Shown: piece by piece, positions 18,911-31,205 of the stretch
Position numbering within the stretch: the first letter of the stretch is position 1
Layout of the letters: every line of letters begins with the position of its first letter
Origin: Dehalococcoidia bacterium
GTDB lineage: Bacteria; Chloroflexota; Dehalococcoidia; UBA2979
Length of the DNA stretch: 64,000 nucleotides
Assembly (NCBI GenBank): GCA_964291495.2
Contig: OZ219871.1
Coordinates: 32,001-96,000, forward strand
Reading direction: 5' to 3'
Translations under genes and position numbers: made by a program
Notes under the pieces: generated by a model
What the model was told of the DNA's origin: nothing
The model's database searches: none
Seen by the model: only the letters and a program-made list of their open reading frames with translations

Positions 18911-19483
18911 TCAGCCGGCCGCGGTCGCCAGCTCGAGGAGCTTCGTCACCGTTCTCCAGTTTCGGCCCGTGCCGATAGTCGCGAGGCCGGAGTCGAAGTA
19001 GCTGTTCGTGAGCTTGCTGCGGGCGACCCCGTTCGGATAGTGGACGAAGACCTCGCGACCCAGTACCGCGAACTCGTCGCCGGGCGAGCGATTCGGGTCC
19101 AGTGCTTCGACATGCGCAGGGTCGGGCAGGTCCTCGAGGAAGAAGACGAGCTGTTTGTTCGGTTCGGTTCCGGAGTCCGCGAAAGGGTTGGCCTGCGCGA
19201 TCAGCTGGAGCTCTCGGGCAGTACGGGTGATCACCGGAATGCGGTACCCGAAGCGGCTCAGGATCGACGCACTGATCAGGGATGGGATCTCTTCAGCGAG
19301 CGCCGGAGCGGCGCGAAAGATCACGTTCCCGCTCTGGATGTAGGTCCGGACGTCGTCGCACCCGGCCTCCCGGAACATCGCGGCGAGATCCGCCATCGGC
19401 AGCTTGTTCTTCCCGCCGACGTTGATCCCGCGAAGCAACGCGACGTGTACGCCTGTCGCGCCATCGATGCTGTCAGCGGACAT
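18911..19483 (-). CDS. DUF1697 family protein
   Basis: ALLRGINVGG, TYIQSGN, RNWRTV signature. Confidence 0.9.
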   Translation of the reverse strand: MSADSIDGATGVHVALLRGINVGGKNKLPMADLAAMFREAGCDDVRTYIQSGNVIFRAAPALAEEIPSLISASILSRFGYRIPVITRTARELQLIAQANPFADSGTEPNKQLVFFLEDLPDPAHVEALDPNRSPGDEFAVLGREVFVHYPNGVARSKLTNSYFDSGLATIGTGRNWRTVTKLLELATAAG

Positions 19484-19531
19484 GTGAGGCCTCAGTCCGT
19501 TGTGCGGGAGCGCAGCGCAACGCTCGCGCGC

Positions 19532-20698
19532 CTAGCGCTCCTCGATCGGGATGTAGGGCTGGTCGAGCGGGCCGACGTACTGGAGGAGGGGGCGCAGCAG
19601 GATGTTGTTCTCCATCTGCTCGAGGACCTGCACCGTCCAGCCAGGCACCCGCCCGACCGCGAAGATCGGGACGAACAGATCCTGCGGGATGCCGTGCAGG
19701 TAGTAGATCACGCCCGCGAAGAAGTCGACGTTCACGTTCACGCCGAGCCGCCCGTAAGGGCGCATCGCCTCCTGCACCGCCTCGAGGATCGCGTACCACT
19801 TCGGCTCGCCCTTCTCGGCGCTGAGCCGCTGGACGCCCTCGCGCAGGTGGCGGGCGCGGGGGTCCTCGGCGCGGTAGACGCGGTGACCGAAGCCCATGAT
19901 CGGCTCGGAGCGGGACCGCAGTTCCTTGACGTAGGCGGCGGCGCGCTCCGGCTCCTCGATCTCCTGCGCCATCTTCATCACGTTCTCCGCCGCGCCCCCG
20001 TGCGAGGGGCCGGACAGCGCCGCGATCGCGGCGGTGATCGAGCTGTGCAGGTCCGCCTGCGTGCCCGTCACCACTCGCGCCGTGAAGGACGAGGCGTTCG
20101 AGCCGTGCTCGGCGTGGAGGATAAAATCCTTGTCCATCAACCGCGCCGAGTCCTCGCTCGGAACCTCGCCGTCGAGCATGTAGAGGAAGTTCGCCGCGTG
20201 CGAGAGGTCGTCCCTCGGCTCGATCGGGTCCCGGCCCTCGCGGATGGCGTGGTGCGCCATCACGATGGTCGGCACCTGCGAGGTGAGGCGCATGCCCTTG
20301 CGCAACGTGGCGTCGTGCGACTTGTCCGCCGTCTCCGGGTCGATCGCCGAGAGCGCGGACACGGCCGTGCGCAGCACGTCCATCGGGTGGGCGTCCTTGA
20401 CCACCCGGACCACGTCGAGGATCTCACCCGGCAGCGTGCGCGCGGACTTCAACTCGGCGTCGAAGGCGGCGAGCTGGTCGGCCGTCGGCAGGCCGCCGTG
20501 CAGCAGCAGGTAGCCGGTCTCCTCGAACGTGGAGTGCTCGGCGAGATCGTCGATCGAGTAGCCGCGGTACTGGAGCTTGCCGGCGCGTCCGTCGATGAAG
20601 CAGGTCTCGCTGCGGTCGAAGTAGACGCCGTTGAAGCCGCGGTGGATCTGGATCTCGTCGGCCGATGTCATCTCGCCGCCTTCCGCCTTCGGCTCCAT
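19532..20698 (-). CDS. Citrate synthase / 2-methylcitrate synthase family (start may be 20671)
   Basis: HAEHGSNAS, GPSHGGA, MGFGHRVY, NVDF. Confidence 0.93.
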   Translation of the reverse strand: MEPKAEGGEMTSADEIQIHRGFNGVYFDRSETCFIDGRAGKLQYRGYSIDDLAEHSTFEETGYLLLHGGLPTADQLAAFDAELKSARTLPGEILDVVRVVKDAHPMDVLRTAVSALSAIDPETADKSHDATLRKGMRLTSQVPTIVMAHHAIREGRDPIEPRDDLSHAANFLYMLDGEVPSEDSARLMDKDFILHAEHGSNASSFTARVVTGTQADLHSSITAAIAALSGPSHGGAAENVMKMAQEIEEPERAAAYVKELRSRSEPIMGFGHRVYRAEDPRARHLREGVQRLSAEKGEPKWYAILEAVQEAMRPYGRLGVNVNVDFFAGVIYYLHGIPQDLFVPIFAVGRVPGWTVQVLEQMENNILLRPLLQYVGPLDQPYIPIEER

Positions 20699-20762
20699 CG
20701 CAGCCGGAGCGCGCCGCGCGAGCCCCGAGGGGGCGCGGCGCGCAGCCGGCTGATTGTGCGGA

Positions 20763-22511
<1,749 letters not shown>

Positions 22512-22650
22512 AGCGAATCCCTCCCCCGTTGGGCGTGTCGGCGGCGCCGAGTATATCGCAGCCTCTCGCGACAGGCCGCGACGCACTCGAGGCTGCCCCG
22601 AGGCTATGTGCGTCGTATCTCGCGGCGACCGCGTCAGGCCGGGCGCGGTC

Positions 22651-22971
22651 CTACGCGCCGGGCGGCCGGTACTCGACGGACTTCGCGACGGCCTCGTCGA
22701 TCTCCTCGGCAGTCAGCAGCACGGTGGTGCTCCAGCTGATCGCCCCGGCGCCGCCGATGGCGAGGCCGAGCGCGGCCGCCGAAACCTGGTCTGGGACGTC
22801 CATGATGATGCAGAGGTCGTCGTCACCGAAGGCGTAGTAGAAGGCCTCCACCGTGCCCCCGACGGAAGCGATCGCGGCGCTGAGGGCGTCGCGACGGGAT
22901 GTCCCGCCCTCCGCGAGCAGGCCTCCGACTCCCTCGATGCTGTATGACGCTCTGGCCAGATACTTGGGCAT
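22651..22971 (-). CDS. GYD domain protein
   Basis: MPKYL...GGTVEAFYYAFGDDD...YRPPG; GGAGG SD. Confidence 0.88.
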   Translation of the reverse strand: MPKYLARASYSIEGVGGLLAEGGTSRRDALSAAIASVGGTVEAFYYAFGDDDLCIIMDVPDQVSAAALGLAIGGAGAISWSTTVLLTAEEIDEAVAKSVEYRPPGA

Positions 22972-23042
22972 GTTGTTCCTCCTCCGGGCGGCGCATGCAC
23001 GGTTGACGGGCCTAACCGTACTACAGGGGTGCCCCGCCCGAC

Positions 23043-24002
23043 CTACGCGGCACGGAGTTGGTCGACCGCCCTCGCGGCGGCGGCGAGGCCGCGCTCGATC
23101 CACTGTTGCGGATCGCCCGGGCCGATCGGCAGCACCAGCAGCTCGCCGAGGCCGGTGCCCGCGAGCTCGACAAGCCGATCGGCGACCTGCTGCTCGCTGC
23201 CCGAGACGATCAGCGCGTCGACCAGCGCCTCCTCGATATTCGAGGCGGCGTCCGGGTAGCCGGCGGCGGCGAGCATCCCGGCGTAGAACGGCAGCTGCGC
23301 GGAACGGCCGAGCTGGCTCTTGCCCGCACTCAGGACCAGCTCGCGGTCCTCGCTGACGCAGACCGGGACGTGCGCGATCAGCGGCGGCGGCTCGCGGCCG
23401 GCCTCGGCCGCGCCCTCGCGCAGCGCGGGGAGCGCGCGCTCCAGCAGGTAGGCGGCGGGCGAGTTCCAGGAGATCGCCCCGTCCGCCAGTTCGCCGCAGA
23501 GCCGGTAGGAGCGCAACTGCAGCGCCGACGCCATCACCGGCGTGGAGAGCGGCGCATCGAGGCGGCCGCGCGCGGTGACGTGGCTGCCCTCGAATTCCAC
23601 CTCGCCCTCGTGCAGCAGCGTGGTCAGCACGTGCAGGTACTCGCGCAGGTGGGTCAGCGGCGTGCGCCACTCGACACCGAAGGTGTGCACCATCCCCGGC
23701 TCGTGCCCGGGCCCGATGCCGAGCCGGAAGCGGCCCGGCGAGATCTCCTCGAGCGCCCTCGTCTGCTGGGCCAGCAGCACAGGGTGCCGCGGCCAGGTCG
23801 GCACGATGCAACTGCCGAGGATGATCCGTTCCGTTCGCGCGAGCGCCGCGCCGAAGATCGTCAGCGCGTCGGCGCGCGTGCCACCCGTGGTCATCCACGC
23901 GGCGGGGATGCCGAGGCGCTCGGCCTCCTCGATCTGGGCGAGGGCGTCCCCCGCCTCCGCGGCGGAGGCGACGACGCCGATCGGCGGTGTCGGGGCGCTC
24001 AT
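23043..24002 (-). CDS. LLM-class (probably F420-dependent) oxidoreductase
   Basis: TERIILGS, PRHP, GRFRLGIG, GELADG. Confidence 0.88.
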   Translation of the reverse strand: MSAPTPPIGVVASAAEAGDALAQIEEAERLGIPAAWMTTGGTRADALTIFGAALARTERIILGSCIVPTWPRHPVLLAQQTRALEEISPGRFRLGIGPGHEPGMVHTFGVEWRTPLTHLREYLHVLTTLLHEGEVEFEGSHVTARGRLDAPLSTPVMASALQLRSYRLCGELADGAISWNSPAAYLLERALPALREGAAEAGREPPPLIAHVPVCVSEDRELVLSAGKSQLGRSAQLPFYAGMLAAAGYPDAASNIEEALVDALIVSGSEQQVADRLVELAGTGLGELLVLPIGPGDPQQWIERGLAAAARAVDQLRAA

Positions 24003-25126
24003 CGGGAGTCTCCAAAGATGATCGCGGGCTTGATCTCGTCCCAACTCTGCATGCGCACCATCGCCTCGTTGATCTCCTCGATCGGGTAGCGGTTGGAGAT
24101 CATGTCCATCCAGGTGAAGCGCTCCCAGTTGTGGGCGATGAACTGCAGCGCGCGGTGGTAGTGCGCCACGCTCGCCGAGATCGAGCCGATGATGCGCACG
24201 TGCTTGCGCGTGACCTCGCCCGGCTTGATCGGCACGTCCTCGTTGTGGAGCTGGCCGATGATCAGGTAGCGCCCGCCGCGGCGGATCATCGAGAAGCCCT
24301 CGGGGAAGGCGGCGACCACGCCGGACACCTCAATCACCACGTCCGGGCCACGTCCGTCCGTCCACTCGCGGATCTGCGCCTCGCGGTCGGCGGCGTCCGG
24401 CACGTCGGCGATGTCGATCGTGTGCGTCGCGCCCCAGCGGCGTGCGACCTCGAGGCGCGCGGCCGGCCCGCCGATGACGATGATCTTCGAGGGCCCGCTG
24501 CGCGCCGCCACGGCCGTCGAGAACAGCCCCAGCGGCCCGGAGCCCTGGATCACCAGCGCGTGGCGGTCGTCGAGCCGTCCGAGGCGGTCGAAGCCATGCA
24601 CGACCGTGCGCAGCGCGCAGGCCGCCGCCGAAGCGAGCTCGTCGGGGACGATGTCGGGCACCTTGACGCGCCCGGAACTGGGGTAGACGTAGCCGTACTC
24701 GGCGAAGCCGCCGGTGAGGTACGGGTACTCGGTGGCGAGGCCCCGCATGTAGCCGCGGCGGTCGTCGCAGAGCGTCTGCTCGTGCTCGATCACGCAGTTC
24801 ACGCACTGCCCGCAGAAGCCGTGCGTCCAGATGATGCGGTCGCCGACACGCAGCGGCTCGCCGAGCGAGTCGCGCTCGGCGCCATCGCCGATCGCAACGA
24901 CGCGGCCCGTCATCTCGTGGCCGAGGATGCGCGGGAACAGGTCGGACGAGGAGCCCGACTCGCCCTCCCAGAGGTGCACGTCGCTGGCGCAGATCGTGGC
25001 GGCGGTGTTGCGCACCAGCAGCGCACCCGGCTCCAGCTCCTGCGGGATCGGCACCTCGGCGACGTCCATCGGTTGCTGATGGCCGACCAGCAGTGCGGCG
25101 CGACACGTCGCGGGTATCTTCGCCAT
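23999..25126 (-). CDS. Zinc-binding alcohol dehydrogenase (MDR family)
   Basis: ICASD, GHE, CGQCVNC...C structural zinc site, GSGPLG. Confidence 0.92.
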   Translation of the reverse strand: MAKIPATCRAALLVGHQQPMDVAEVPIPQELEPGALLVRNTAATICASDVHLWEGESGSSSDLFPRILGHEMTGRVVAIGDGAERDSLGEPLRVGDRIIWTHGFCGQCVNCVIEHEQTLCDDRRGYMRGLATEYPYLTGGFAEYGYVYPSSGRVKVPDIVPDELASAAACALRTVVHGFDRLGRLDDRHALVIQGSGPLGLFSTAVAARSGPSKIIVIGGPAARLEVARRWGATHTIDIADVPDAADREAQIREWTDGRGPDVVIEVSGVVAAFPEGFSMIRRGGRYLIIGQLHNEDVPIKPGEVTRKHVRIIGSISASVAHYHRALQFIAHNWERFTWMDMISNRYPIEEINEAMVRMQSWDEIKPAIIFGDSR

Positions 25127-25217
25127 CCGGACCTCCTCGCGCGCCTCGCAGGGCGCAGTCGCGCGGGAACTGTAGCGCATGGGGCCGGAGGACGCGGTGG
25201 GCCGCTCTGCCCTCGCG

Positions 25218-26531
25218 CTACTGGAGGCGGCGCAGCGTCGGGAAGGCCGGGAAGAGCGCCAGCGCGACGACGAGCAGGAAGGCGGCCGCGCCGCCGATCG
25301 CGAGCTGCAGGCCGACCACCTCGGCGATCGCGCCGACGGCGAAGACGCCGAGTGCGACGAGGCCGAACTCCATCATGTAGATCGAGAGCACGCGGCCGCG
25401 GTACTCGGCCGCGACGTAGGTCTGGAGCAGCACGGTGCTGAGCGACATCCGGCCCGCGTGGGCGACGCCGATCACGGCGGTCAGCAGCGCGGCGATCAGG
25501 AACGCATCGAAGACCGCGAACGCGAGCACCCCGCTCGCCAGCAGCACGGCGCTGAGCAGATAGAGCAAGCCTCGGCGGCGCGGCGGCAGCGAGGCGATGA
25601 CGAGCGAGCCGAACAGCGAGCCGACGCCCATCACGCTGAGCAGCAGCCCGAGGTGGAAGCCGCCGAGGCCGAGCACGTCCTCCACCCAGCCGGGCAGCAG
25701 GAACATCCAGGGCATCGAGGCGCAGACGATCAGCAGGTTGACGGCGAGCACCTGCAGGATCGCGGGCTGCCGCATCGTGTAGCGAACCCCGTCGCGCACC
25801 CCCGCCCAACCCTGCGCGTCGCGGGCCGGCCCGCTCGCCGAGCGCGCGCTCGCCAGGCGCATCGGGACGATCGCGCCGATGGCGATGAGGTAGTAGACAA
25901 CGACCGCGCTGTAGAGCCAGGCGCTGTTCGCGATCACGAGCAGTGCGCCGCCGATGGCGGGCGCAATCAGCCGCATCGTGGTCATGCCGGCGGCGCCGAG
26001 CGAGATCGCGTTCATCAGCCGCTCCTCGCCGGCGATCTCGTGAATCATCGCCTGCCGCGCGGGCATCATCAGCGACATCCCCGCGCCCTGGAAAAAGACG
26101 ATCACGATCAGATGCTCGTAGCGCAGCACCCCCAGGAAGAGGAGCGCCGCCACGAGACCCGCGAGCAGCGCCTGGAATGTCTGGCCCACCTGCAGCACGA
26201 GCCGCCTCGGCACGCGGTCCGCGAGCATCCCCCCGTAGAGCGAGAAGGCGAGCGACGGAATCGCGTTGACGAGCGCCACGAGGCCGAGCCGCCCCGGCGA
26301 TCCGGTCAGCTCGTAGACGATGAAGCCCATCGCCAGCATCTGCGTCTGGATGCCGCCGAACTGCCCCAGCGTCGAGATGAAGAACCAGCGGAAGTTGCGG
26401 TCGCCCAGCGACTCGAAGGTGCGCAGCTCGCCCGCGCGGCCGGCGAACGGGAGGCGTGGCCCCCGCCCGGCGCCCGCCTCGGCGCGCTCGCCTCGAGGGC
26501 TCTCGGGAGCGGGGCTGGGCGCAACGCTCAT
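25218..26531 (-). CDS. MFS transporter
   Basis: GGMLADRVPRR motif A; about 12 TM segments. Confidence 0.9.
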   Translation of the reverse strand: MSVAPSPAPESPRGERAEAGAGRGPRLPFAGRAGELRTFESLGDRNFRWFFISTLGQFGGIQTQMLAMGFIVYELTGSPGRLGLVALVNAIPSLAFSLYGGMLADRVPRRLVLQVGQTFQALLAGLVAALLFLGVLRYEHLIVIVFFQGAGMSLMMPARQAMIHEIAGEERLMNAISLGAAGMTTMRLIAPAIGGALLVIANSAWLYSAVVVYYLIAIGAIVPMRLASARSASGPARDAQGWAGVRDGVRYTMRQPAILQVLAVNLLIVCASMPWMFLLPGWVEDVLGLGGFHLGLLLSVMGVGSLFGSLVIASLPPRRRGLLYLLSAVLLASGVLAFAVFDAFLIAALLTAVIGVAHAGRMSLSTVLLQTYVAAEYRGRVLSIYMMEFGLVALGVFAVGAIAEVVGLQLAIGGAAAFLLVVALALFPAFPTLRRLQ

Positions 26532-26705
26532 GGCCGTCCATTCGCGCGTGCGGGCGTGGCCTGCGCCTCGGTGGCGCCGCGCCCGGACGATGACGCACGG
26601 GGAGTGCGAGCGTAGCACGGGCCCCCGCTGCGAGCCCGCGCGCGCCTGCTCACAGCGCCCGGTTGCCGGATGGGCTAGGCTTAAGGCGGCAGCGGAGGAG
26701 CAATC

Positions 26706-27359
26706 GTGACGACCGACCTTGACCTCGACACCGACGTTGACGAGTACGGCCCCGAGATCTCAATGACCGACGAGGCGATCGCCCGCCTCCTGCATCTGAT
26801 GGAAAGCGCCGGCGAACCGCCCGTCACCGGCATCCGCCTGCAGGTCGCACGCCGGAGCAAGAACGGCATCGAGCACCTGCTGACGATGGTCGACGCGGGG
26901 CGCGAGCCGGAGGATGACTTCGAGCTGGACTTCGACGGGCTCGCGCTTTATGTCGATAGCGACCACGCCGACTACCTCGACGGGCTGGCAGTGCACTGGG
27001 CGTACAAGGGCGAGGGCGTCAACGGCTTCGAGTTCGACAACCCGAACCCGCGCTGGCGCGATCCGCTGGCCGAGCGCATCCAGGTGCTGTTCGACGAGCA
27101 GGTCAACCCGGCGATCGCCGCGCACGGCGGGGCCGTCGACCTCCTCGGCGTCGAGGACAGGGTGGCGTTCATCCGCATGGGCGGCGGGTGCCAGGGCTGC
27201 GGGATGGCGAACGTGACCCTGCGCGAGGGCATCGAGGGCATGATCAAGGAGACCGCGCCCGAGATCGAAGAGATCATGGACGCCACCGACCACGCGTCCG
27301 GCCGCAACCCCTACTACCAGCCCTCACCCGGCCACGGGCACGGCCACTCGCACGGCTAG
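26706..27359 (+). CDS. nfuA: Fe-S cluster carrier NfuA (degenerate A-type domain + NifU domain)
   Basis: FDNPN, NPAIAAHGG, GGCQGC, DATDH..G.NPYY; His-rich tail. Confidence 0.9.
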   Translation: MTTDLDLDTDVDEYGPEISMTDEAIARLLHLMESAGEPPVTGIRLQVARRSKNGIEHLLTMVDAGREPEDDFELDFDGLALYVDSDHADYLDGLAVHWAYKGEGVNGFEFDNPNPRWRDPLAERIQVLFDEQVNPAIAAHGGAVDLLGVEDRVAFIRMGGGCQGCGMANVTLREGIEGMIKETAPEIEEIMDATDHASGRNPYYQPSPGHGHGHSHG

Positions 27360-27391
27360 CGGCGCCCAACTGCCGCCTTCCTGTCTTGACT

Positions 27392-27691
27392 GCGGGGGGC
27401 TGCGCCCCCCACACCCCCGCTGCTGCTCCCCCCGAGCCTCGAGGGCGCGCTTCAGCCCGCCTCCCGGAAGCCCCGAGTGCGCACCTTCCGGCCCCCTCTC
27501 CCCGAGGGAGAGGGTGGGGGTGAGGGCGCTTGCCCTCGCGATCGGGGAGCAACAGCGACTTGAGGGTCCGGGCACGCCCTTCGTTCGTGGGGGCTCCGCC
27601 CCCACGCCCCTCGGAACCCTAGAGGTCGCATCGAACTTCCGATGGCGTCCGGTCCCCTCTCCCCTCGCGGGAGAGGGCGGGGGTGAGGGGG
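27392..27691. repeat. REP/BIME-like palindrome cluster 1 (A-B-A-B)
   Basis: Type A GGGGGCTnCGCCCCC-ACnCCCC at ~27392 and ~27588; type B CCCTCTCCC-n-GGGAGAGGG-n-GGGGTGAGGG at ~27492 and ~27649; lies between convergent genes. Confidence 0.8.
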
Positions 27692-27714
27692 ACGGGCGCA
27701 GCCCGCCCAGCCCT

Positions 27715-28644
27715 CTAGAAGATCGCGAGCGGGTTGACGGGGCTGCCCGTGCCGCCCCGCACTCTCAGCGGCGAGATGATCAGCAGGAACTCGTAGCGGC
27801 CCTGCTCGGCGCACGCCTCGGCGAGCGGCTGCAGCAGCGCGTTGTCGAGCAACGGGACGCCGTAGGCGTAGATCACGCCGTGCATCGCCCACGGGTAGTC
27901 GTACTCGTTCGGCTTCGCGTCCATCATGTCCCAGCCGAGCAGCGAGACATCGTTGTCGCGCACGAACGGCAGACATGAGGCGTGCAGTCCGGGCGTCGTG
28001 CTCCCCGCCTCGCCGAGGAACTGCTCCGGGTGCTCGGCCTGATAGGCCTCGCGGCCGCTGTAGACCAGCAGCGCGTCGCCCGACCCGACGCTCGATCCCT
28101 GCGCCTCCGCGATCTCCTCGAGCTCCCAGCCGTGCACGGGGCGGTCCGTCGTCACGTAGTCCGTCCCCCGGTGGCGCGGCACGTCGAGCAGCACGCCGCG
28201 GGTAATGATGCCGGTGTCCCAGGCCGTCACATCGGCGTAGGTGACGCCGTCGCCGGTGATGAACTCGGACGGGTCGCGGCCCTGCCACGCGCCGTTCTTG
28301 TCCCAGACGTGGCAGAGCGCGTCGAGGTGGGTGTGCGTGTGCCCGTGGAAGATGAAGCCGTAGTAGTCGACGACCGATCCGCCGTCGGGCGGGCGCACGT
28401 TCTGGCGCAGGAAGTGCTGCGCCGGCACCGGGTTCGTCGGCCCCGGATCCTTCGGGTACTCGCGGCTGATCGAGACGACGCGCGCCTGCTGCACCAGCCC
28501 GAACGCCGCGAGGCGCTTCTCGTCCGTGATCAGGTTGACGGCGCCGCGGCTGTCGTCGTCCCCCCAACGGCCCCAGTTGCGCCGCTCGGTCAGCCAGGAC
28601 GTCACCTCTTCGGTCGTCGGCAGCGCTCGCTCGTCGTTGCTCAT
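27715..28644 (-). CDS. Cyclase family (kynurenine formamidase-like) metal hydrolase
   Basis: NWGRWG, HGHTHTHLDALCH, RGVLLD, GGTGSPVNP. Confidence 0.9.
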   Translation of the reverse strand: MSNDERALPTTEEVTSWLTERRNWGRWGDDDSRGAVNLITDEKRLAAFGLVQQARVVSISREYPKDPGPTNPVPAQHFLRQNVRPPDGGSVVDYYGFIFHGHTHTHLDALCHVWDKNGAWQGRDPSEFITGDGVTYADVTAWDTGIITRGVLLDVPRHRGTDYVTTDRPVHGWELEEIAEAQGSSVGSGDALLVYSGREAYQAEHPEQFLGEAGSTTPGLHASCLPFVRDNDVSLLGWDMMDAKPNEYDYPWAMHGVIYAYGVPLLDNALLQPLAEACAEQGRYEFLLIISPLRVRGGTGSPVNPLAIF

Positions 28645-28733
28645 CGGGGCCCCCTTCCGGCCGCGCCGATGATAGCGCTCCGCCCGCCGTACGCGCCTTG
28701 ACCGGCGCACGCGCGCGCGCGCATGGTGCGGGC

Positions 28734-31205
28734 ATGGCCGAGCAACTGAGCAGCGAGGGCTGGACGGGGCCGCTGAGCGGCCTGCGCGTGCTCGACTTCG
28801 GCCAGGCCGCCGTCGGCCCGATCGCCGCCGAGTACCTCGGCTGGCTCGGCGCGGACGCGATCAAGGTCGAGTCGCCGCGCGGCGACACCGTGCGCGGCAC
28901 GAAGCCGCGGCTGCGCGGGACCGGGCACACCTTCCTCGGCAACAACCTCGGCAAGCGCGGGGTCGTGCTCGACCTCAAGGATGCGGCGGACCACGCGCAG
29001 GCGCTGCGGCTGCTCGAGAGCGCCGACGTGCTCGTCGAGAACTTCCGATCGCCCGAGGTGATGCGCCGCCTCGGCCTCGGCTACGAGCTGCTGCGCGAGC
29101 ACAACCCGCGGCTGATCTACCTGCAGAGCTCGGCCTACGGCCCGCGCGGGCCGATGCACGGCATGACCAGCAACGAGTGGTTCTCGCAGGCCGCGGCCGG
29201 CCTGACCAGCGTGACCGGCGAGGCCGGCGGGCGGCAGGAGTTCTCGCGCGGCACGGCGACGCTCGACTGGAGCGGCGCCTTCACCAACCTGCAGGCGCTC
29301 CTCGTCGCGCTCTACGTACGCGAGCGCAGCGGGCGCGGAACGTTCATCCAGACCTCGCAGCTGCAATCGACGATCGTCGGGGCGACGAGCCGCATCGCCG
29401 AGTACTTTGCGGACGGCTGCGCGCCCGGTCCGATGGGCAGCGCGCGCCCGAACATCGTGCCGGACCAGGCGTTCGCGTGCGCCGATGGCTATGTCGCCGT
29501 CGGCGTCCCGCACGACGGCTTCTGGCCGAAGCTCTGCGACGCCCTCGGCCTCCGCGAGCTGGGCGACGACCCACGCTTCGCGACCAACGCCGCGCGCGTC
29601 GAGCACCGCGCCGAGCTGATCCCGCTCCTCGCGGCCTGCTTCCGCGAGCGCAGCGCCGAGGAGTGGGAGCGGCTGCTGCACGCGGCGGACGTCCCGGCCG
29701 CCGCCTACCAGCGCGGCCCGACGCTGAGCGCGAGCCTGCTCCAGCATCCGCAGGCGATCGCCGAAGACCTCGTGACGGTGCTCGACACCCCCAACGGCGA
29801 CATGGCCAGCGCGAAGCCGCACTGGCGCTTCGGCAAGACCGAGGCGCGCATCACGCGCGCCGCCCCCCGCCACGGCGAGCACACCGCCGAGGTGCTCGCG
29901 GAGCTCGACGCCGCCGGAGCGACGAACGGCGCGAGTCCGGGCGCGGCCTCGGACGGACGGGCACACTCGCAGCCGCCGCTCGCGGGCCTGCGCGTCGTCG
30001 ATGTCTCGCAGGGCATCCCCGGGGCGCTGTGCGCGATGCAACTCGGCGACCTCGGCGCGGAGGTCGTGAAGCTGGAGCCGCCCTCGGGCGACTGGCTGCG
30101 CACGATCGGGCCGTTCGTCGAGCCGCCGAACGGCGGAGCGGCGGAGGGCGGCCTGTTCCTGCAGTTCCAGCGCAACAAGCGCGGCATCGCCGTCGACCTC
30201 AAGAGCGAGGCCGGTACGGGGGTCTTCGCGCGGCTGCTCGAGGACGCCGACGTGCTCGTCGAGGGCTACCGGCCGGGCGTGATGGAGCGGCTCGGCTTCG
30301 GCTACGAGGCGTTGCGCGAGCGCCACCCGCGCCTCGTTTACTGCTCGATCAGCGGCTACGGCAGCCGCGGCCCGCTGGCGGGCGCGCCCGCGAGCGAGAT
30401 CGACATCCAGGCGATCGTCGGCTCGAACCGCCACATCGGACGGCCCGAGGATCCCCCGCTGCGCTTCGGCTACGACTTCGCGCAGCATGCGGCGGGGATG
30501 GCCGGCTTCCAGGCGATCCTGACCGCGCTCCTCTGGCGCGACCGCCATGGCGTCGGCCAGCGCGTCGAGACCTCGATGCTTGCGGCGCTCACCGCGATCC
30601 ACCAGTGGACCTTCACGGCCGAGCGCTCGCAGGACTCGCTCGAGGGCCGGGCGTTCACGGGTCTGGCCGACCCGCCCGACTATGGCTTCGAGACCGCCGA
30701 CGGCCCGGCGTTGATCACGCTGCGCGGCGACGAGGGCGGCTGGAACGCCTTCCTCATCGCCATCGACCGCCCCGAGGTGCTGCTCGACGAACGCTTCAGC
30801 GGACCGCGCGGGATGATGGACAACCTCGCCTACCTGCCACCGGAGATCAACGAGACGCTGCGCAACTGGCCCTTCGAGGACCTGCGCCGCATCGTGCAGG
30901 ACGAGCTGGGCGGCACGATCGTCCCCATGCACACGCTCGAATCGCTGCTCAAGAGCGAGCAGGTCGCGGCGCTCGAGATGGTGCGCCGCCTCGAGGGCCA
31001 CGCCACGCTCGGCGACCTCGAGACGGTCGCGCCGCCGTGGACCTTCGAGGAGCCGTGGACCGCGCTGCGCCACCCGCCCCCCGTGCTCGGCCAGCACACC
31101 GCCGAGGTCCTCGCGGAGACCGGCTACGGCGATGCCGATGTCGCCCGTCTTGCCGAGGCGGGGGCGGTGGTGGTGTGGCAGGGCGGAGATGCCCCTTCCG
31201 GCTAG
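28734..31205 (+). CDS. Two-domain fused class III (CaiB/BaiF) CoA-transferase
   Basis: Two PLxGLRVxD...KVE/KLE...NxxKR/NKR repeats; Asp in domain 1 (TLDWSGA) but not in domain 2 (FAQHAAG). Confidence 0.92.
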   Translation: MAEQLSSEGWTGPLSGLRVLDFGQAAVGPIAAEYLGWLGADAIKVESPRGDTVRGTKPRLRGTGHTFLGNNLGKRGVVLDLKDAADHAQALRLLESADVLVENFRSPEVMRRLGLGYELLREHNPRLIYLQSSAYGPRGPMHGMTSNEWFSQAAAGLTSVTGEAGGRQEFSRGTATLDWSGAFTNLQALLVALYVRERSGRGTFIQTSQLQSTIVGATSRIAEYFADGCAPGPMGSARPNIVPDQAFACADGYVAVGVPHDGFWPKLCDALGLRELGDDPRFATNAARVEHRAELIPLLAACFRERSAEEWERLLHAADVPAAAYQRGPTLSASLLQHPQAIAEDLVTVLDTPNGDMASAKPHWRFGKTEARITRAAPRHGEHTAEVLAELDAAGATNGASPGAASDGRAHSQPPLAGLRVVDVSQGIPGALCAMQLGDLGAEVVKLEPPSGDWLRTIGPFVEPPNGGAAEGGLFLQFQRNKRGIAVDLKSEAGTGVFARLLEDADVLVEGYRPGVMERLGFGYEALRERHPRLVYCSISGYGSRGPLAGAPASEIDIQAIVGSNRHIGRPEDPPLRFGYDFAQHAAGMAGFQAILTALLWRDRHGVGQRVETSMLAALTAIHQWTFTAERSQDSLEGRAFTGLADPPDYGFETADGPALITLRGDEGGWNAFLIAIDRPEVLLDERFSGPRGMMDNLAYLPPEINETLRNWPFEDLRRIVQDELGGTIVPMHTLESLLKSEQVAALEMVRRLEGHATLGDLETVAPPWTFEEPWTALRHPPPVLGQHTAEVLAETGYGDADVARLAEAGAVVVWQGGDAPSG